From Bigelowiella natans CCMP2755 (Eukaryota > Protista > Cercozoa): 40,124 nucleotides of DNA. Shown here one piece after another: positions 35,174-40,124 of this stretch; within the stretch, counting starts at the first letter, position 1, and each line of letters opens with the position of its first letter. A program made the position numbers and the translations under genes. A model generated the notes under the pieces. The model worked only from the letters and a program-made list of their open reading frames with translations. It was not told the DNA's origin and did no database searches. The stretch spans positions 1 to 40,124 of the forward strand of contig ADNK01001491.1 of assembly GCA_000320545.1 (NCBI GenBank), written 5' to 3'.

Positions 35174-35973
35174 TTATTGTTTTTCTATACAACGAGTGCA
35201 TTCTGTCATTTTACGCCATAGCATCTTCCCATCCTTCCTTTTGAGCCTCACCCTTTCCCCCGTTTTTTTTACGCACTCCATTTTCACCCCTTCACACAGC
35301 ACCAGGCCGCCCTCCACCAACCACGCTGGGCCACTTTCTCCCGTCTTTTGGTCTACCGCACAATGCTCAGCTTCCGTCGCTTTGGAACGGTGCACCTCGA
35401 ACACGGAGTCCGCGACCAATGCCTTTCCCTCAGTAGACCGAACCCACTGGCATGCTGCTAGTAGCCCGCTGCGATTGTGAGCCTGGATCTCCAGGCCATG
35501 CATCGAGCCTTCTCTCAGGCCTACGGTGGCTTCTAGTGTCTGTCTTCCAAGCTTGCACCCACAGTGCAACGTTGGGTTGAATCTGCGAAAGGGAGGGTGG
35601 GATACGATGTGATACGAAATCACATATGAGTACACACATGTGCAGACGCATCACGAGACATACAAATCTAAACCCACCGAACTGCCTGGACGCAAAATCT
35701 CGATCCGGTCATCTTCTTCCCATCTCCGTCTTCCATCTTCAGACTAAGATGAATCGGAACCCTCGCAGATGTAAAGGGGGTGCTCTTTCTCCCAGCATGA
35801 AACTCCACGTCCTTTTCCCACGCCGACAAAGGGACAACTCTGGCTTTAACGCCAAACCCCATCGCCTTTACCGCTTGTTTAAGCCCGTCATCATCAATTG
35901 GAAGACTAGTATCTATCGTAAATACTATTCCCGGAAGCTCTGGCTTGTTAAGGTCCACCCCTTTGACCTCCAT
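35174..35973 (-). CDS. Hypothetical protein, probably two exons (~35973-35680, ~35583-35174)
   Basis: Two coding-like ORFs that can be joined by a GT-AG intron. No confident domain. Confidence 0.55.
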
Positions 35974-36453
35974 AGTTCATTGATTTTTGCTCAGAAGCGT
36001 TGACTTACCTGGGACCAATTCGAATCCCTAGTGTTTGGCAGCTTTGGTGTTCTAATTGTACACAGCTGTTTGCCGCGCACGCCGTACGCAAGAATCGAAA
36101 GCAATGTTGCTGATGGCGAGGACGGGGTGGCACCTCGGGCCTCTTCCAGATATGTGTAAATTTATTGGCGCAAGGGGAAAATATATATACCGAAAACATC
36201 CAAATCTGTTTGCAAGTATCTTTCCGAACGAAAGGGAGTTTTGCCTTCTATATCGCACCTGGGAAGAGATTTCGCGAAACAAATATGCCCTGAAAACTTC
36301 TAAGTAGAGTATCAATATCGAGCGAACTTTTGTGAGTCGAACCCCAGGCCATTTCCACCTATTTGTAAGGGGGAAATCGATTTTTGTCGCATTTTCCCCC
36401 GGACCATCGGATCGTGGTGCTCACCACAAATTCCATCGACGACCGCTCCTTCG

Positions 36454-37202
36454 ATGCCTAGCAACAATGGAAACCTCAAGCACTCGTCTGATGAATACAA
36501 GGACCAATTCGAGGCGTCTTATGACGTCGCAGCTCGGAATGTGGAACTGAGGCGGCCATTGTTTGTGGCAAGGATCCTGCAGAAGCGTCTAGGCTACACG
36601 GCGCAGGAGCTCGATGTCATTGGCCAGGACGTTCGGACGATGCAAGGGACCGGAAATCCGCACAAGCTTGCAAAGATTAAAGCCGGGGGTACGCACACTT
36701 AATGACGAAGAACGATGAGATGTTTGCTTTGTAGCTGTTGTTGTTGCTGCTGCTGCTGTTGGTACTGCTGCTGTTGGTACATGATCGATCGAGCATTCCA
36801 CTGCGGCGAGGCTATCTCCCTCAACTGCCCACGACGACTGAATTTCATTGCGTTAGAAACCGTACTGGATCTTGGGAGCGGGCTCGGCGCAGACGCATTT
36901 CTTGCTGCGCACAGCGTCGGGCAGGACGGGAGAGTCTTCGGACTAGACCTGTCTCAGGAGCACGTATCACAGGCACAACACCGTGCGGAAGAGCGCGGCG
37001 TGGGCAATATTGTGCGATTTGTGCGCGGCGACATGGAACATATCCCTCTTCCTGACTCGTCCGTGGACTGTGTCATCTCCAACGGCGGGTTCTGCCTGGT
37101 TCCCAACAAGCCGCTTGCATTCCAGGTTGGTTGGCACACCATCATCTAACTATCCATCAGATGAATCATAAGAGGGAAAGGAGAGATGGGAAGAGAGAGA
37201 GG

Positions 37203-37250
<48 letters not shown>

Positions 37251-38137
37251 CCAAAATCACGCTCTGACCTACAAATGAATTCCAAAAGGAGGTCTCACGA
37301 GTACTGAAACCGGGGGGACGAATGTCGATCGCGTGCACGACTCTGCGTCAGCCATTGCCGTCACCCGATACGCACGGCCCATGGCCGGCGTGTATGGAGG
37401 TGTTTCTCCCCCTCCCCTCCGTGAATGCAGTAGTGCAGGCAGCTGGCTTCAGCTCGGCGTTGGTTGACCTTTCGGATGCATCGATGGACAAATGGGACAT
37501 GTCAGATGACGAGCTTGTAACGGAGATCGCTCGGGATGACTCCGGCGAGGAATTCGCGTGCTCGCATGCCAGGAAAGCTGCAGAGCGTAGGGCAAGGGCA
37601 AAGTTAGATGCCGCTGTCGCTGCCCGGGAGGAGGCGGAGGCTAGACTACTGGCCGCGCAAGGGGAAGGTCTGCAGCCCGCTGATGCCGCAGAGAGGCAAG
37701 AAAACCTCGGACTCATACACTGGGGAGATCCTGAATACCAGCATCTGGAGCAATACGACATGAATTCGCTATGTGCTCGTGTTGTTATCTATGCGGAGAA
37801 GCAGCAGCAGCACCAGCAGCAGCAACAAACACCTCAGACGACGTCGAACCTGTCCTCGCCGTCCCTGCAGCCTTCCTTCAAATCCGCCTCAGCCTCCGCA
37901 GCTGTGGACGAATCAAGCTCATTTTCATATCTTCAAGATAACCTTGCGACCTGTGGTAGTAGCAGTCGCCGCGACCAAGGCACAAACTCACATCTCCTCG
38001 GGTTCGGCGCAGCTTTCTGCTGCGCCGCAGCTGCAGCATCGATTTCAAGCAGGAGAAGAAGACTTCGCGCTGCTGCATCGAGCAAGGTATACGGTCGCTT
38101 TGTCACGGCGTTCTCTCGCCTCTTCCGGAAATTGTAG
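36454..38137 (+). CDS. ArsM/AS3MT-like class I SAM-dependent methyltransferase; exons 36454-36688, 36857-37125, 37289-38137
   Basis: QGTGNPHKLAKIKAGETVLDLGSGLGADAFLAA...VFGLD...GDMEHIPLPDSSVDCVISN...LVPNK..AFQEVSRVLKPGGR...WPAC. Confidence 0.85.
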
Positions 38138-38139
38138 GC

Positions 38140-38700
38140 ATGTATCTATATGTACGAAACAATCGAGACAGGACCCCGCCTTGCGCAGCAGTACGTGTCT
38201 GCTTCGGTCTTTTTAGCATGCAATGTGTACACATACGAAGATCTACTTAACACAGCACTAGAGCACGCTAACAATTATTCAAACGCCTAGGTACTGCGAC
38301 GCTGTCGTGTGCATACATGCTCGCATCTAGCTAGGCATGCATCGAATATCTACAACTCAGAGCCCGAGCAATCTGTAAAACTAGTGTACACTTTGTTGAC
38401 TACAAAAGCGTCGTCGTCGTACGTGCAAGAACCAGTGCTTGCTGTATTCAATGTCGCCTCGCTTAAGGGCCACACTGGCACCGTGAATACTATCGCTTTT
38501 GTCATAAAATTATTCGGTATTGTTACAACGATGGCGCATTTGCGCAACGCGCGCGGGTGTGTGCATGACGCGACCGATCTTAAGCGTCGAACCTCATGCT
38601 AATAATGCATGATTGGATGATTGATCGGAATGTTTGCAACAGCACTAGGCCCCTCTGCCTTCATTTACATGACATGAGCCACCAATCTAGAAATGCGCGC
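38140..38700. other. Weakly TpA-depleted intergenic patch
   Basis: Several CTAG and TG/CA runs; incomplete depletion. Confidence 0.4.
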
Positions 38701-38713
38701 TCCGCTACAACAC

Positions 38714-38773
<60 letters not shown>

Positions 38774-38899
38774 CCGAATATGTCATCATCATCACCATAG
38801 TTTCTTTTAATACAGGGAGACTTTCGGAGCACATTTCTCACGCTTTCTACTTCATTGGTATTACGGATGCATAAATGACGACGTCACCCCACATGTAGT

Positions 38900-38985
38900 A
38901 CCTCGATGATCTCACTTCAAGAACGGGTCATCGATCTCCAATTTTCGCGCGAGAGCTGTGTTGCACAGCACACGTAAATTCCAGG

Positions 38986-39038
<53 letters not shown>

Positions 39039-40124
39039 AAGAGAGGGAGAGGAGAGAGAAGAGAGACGTATACACTACACGTGATCTGAGCTTAAAATAT
39101 CGAAATCGAAGCAAATGAGGTGGTTGCAAGTAGGGTAGGGATGATTCCTCTTTAAAACCAAACCTTGCGTGCCTTTGAGCGGGGTTACGCCAATCTCCGC
39201 CAACTACGAGTATGTAACGCAATCAAGGAAGGATGCACAATGAACGTCGCATTATTATTCCAGAGACTAAGAAGGCCCAGCAAGCTTTCTCAAGTGTGTG
39301 TTGCAGTAGTATAGATTCTAGAGTGTAAAGCGTAAGGAAAAAACGCGTAAAGGCCACCTGTCGAATCACAGCTTCGGCCCTCTGAGATGACCCCAAACGG
39401 TAATACCTACGAAGCAAACGATGCGTCATTAGATCTCCAAAGGTCATTTCATACAAACAAAAAGACATGCGTGTAAAATAACCCCCCCCCCCCCCCCCCG
39501 CCCCCCCTCCTATTCACACGCACATCCACACAGACACACGACGAACGTGCGCACACGTATGCATATGCCATGCATGATACTCCTCATAAGATCAAACGCC
39601 CTCTCAATCTGAAACACGCACACACACACACACACACAGACACATACACACACATACACGCGCGCGCGCGCGCACACACACACAAACACGCCGTCCGTCC
39701 CCGCTCGTACGCACAACGCACGCACCCATACGCTGCGGATTGGAAAGCACGGGAAACAAGGAGCTCATGCTTGTTCAAGAAAGCTTCCAGTGATGATGGC
39801 GAGGGGAATGATTCATCGCCGGGGGGGGAAGAGGAAAGCAGCGGTAGTGACAACGACGATACAAACGACGAATCCATCTTCGACTCGTCCCCGACTGACA
39901 CGAAAGCCACAACAGAAGTCAGGGAATGCATCGGCGGGGGATGAATACTTGGGTGTGCGCACCTCCACCCCTCCACTCGGTGTCATTAGAATAGAACTCC
40001 GACACGTCCATCATGCTCTCCCTTCTCTGGAGAGGGGGGGGGGGGGGGAGAGAGAGAGAGAGAGAGAGAAGAGACAATGCATTCAATCCCATGTCAGGGT
40101 CAGTGACCTATGGCACTCACGCGA
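38900..40124 (-). CDS. 3' part of an unknown multi-exon gene
   Basis: Coding-like minus-strand blocks (~39730-39970, ~39110-39430) separated by microsatellite-rich introns. Confidence 0.4.

Noticed and set aside
35174-35400. RNA-ligase-like motifs (EG.V ... R.K) in the hypothetical protein
   Set aside because: Too short and degenerate; no convincing motif I in the expected arrangement.

Overview
Eukaryotic nuclear DNA, probably from a SAR-group protist (a guess from the H2B sequence and intron style). It is gene-dense, with GT-AG introns full of (TA)n/(CA)n/(GA)n microsatellites. Host genes supported by motifs and splice sites: the 3' part of a thiolase, a Ser/Thr kinase, histone H2B, a dual-specificity phosphatase, mitochondrial-type uL11, a 3-repeat gelsolin/severin ending in CaaX, and an ArsM-like SAM methyltransferase, plus several unknown genes. 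Two transposons: (1) a decayed ~5.8 kb PIF/Harbinger element (7206-13033) with a DDE transposase, a Myb/SANT-like ORF and internal tRNA relics; (2) an intact, very young Ty3/Gypsy-like LTR element (24225-29940). Main signal: a regional, RIP-like but A:T->G:C hypermutation that erases TpA (TA->TG/CA) and spares TAG/CTAG. It left no TA that I could find over ~2.6 kb, turned the conserved Tyr residues of the transposase into Cys/His, changed the anticodon of an initiator tRNA-Met from CAT to CAC, and recurs in spacers downstream of gene 3' ends. Second signal: the Gypsy polyprotein ends in a degenerate DIRS/phage-Dam-type N6-adenine methyltransferase-like domain behind a shortened integrase. All counts and alignments were done by eye and need computational confirmation.
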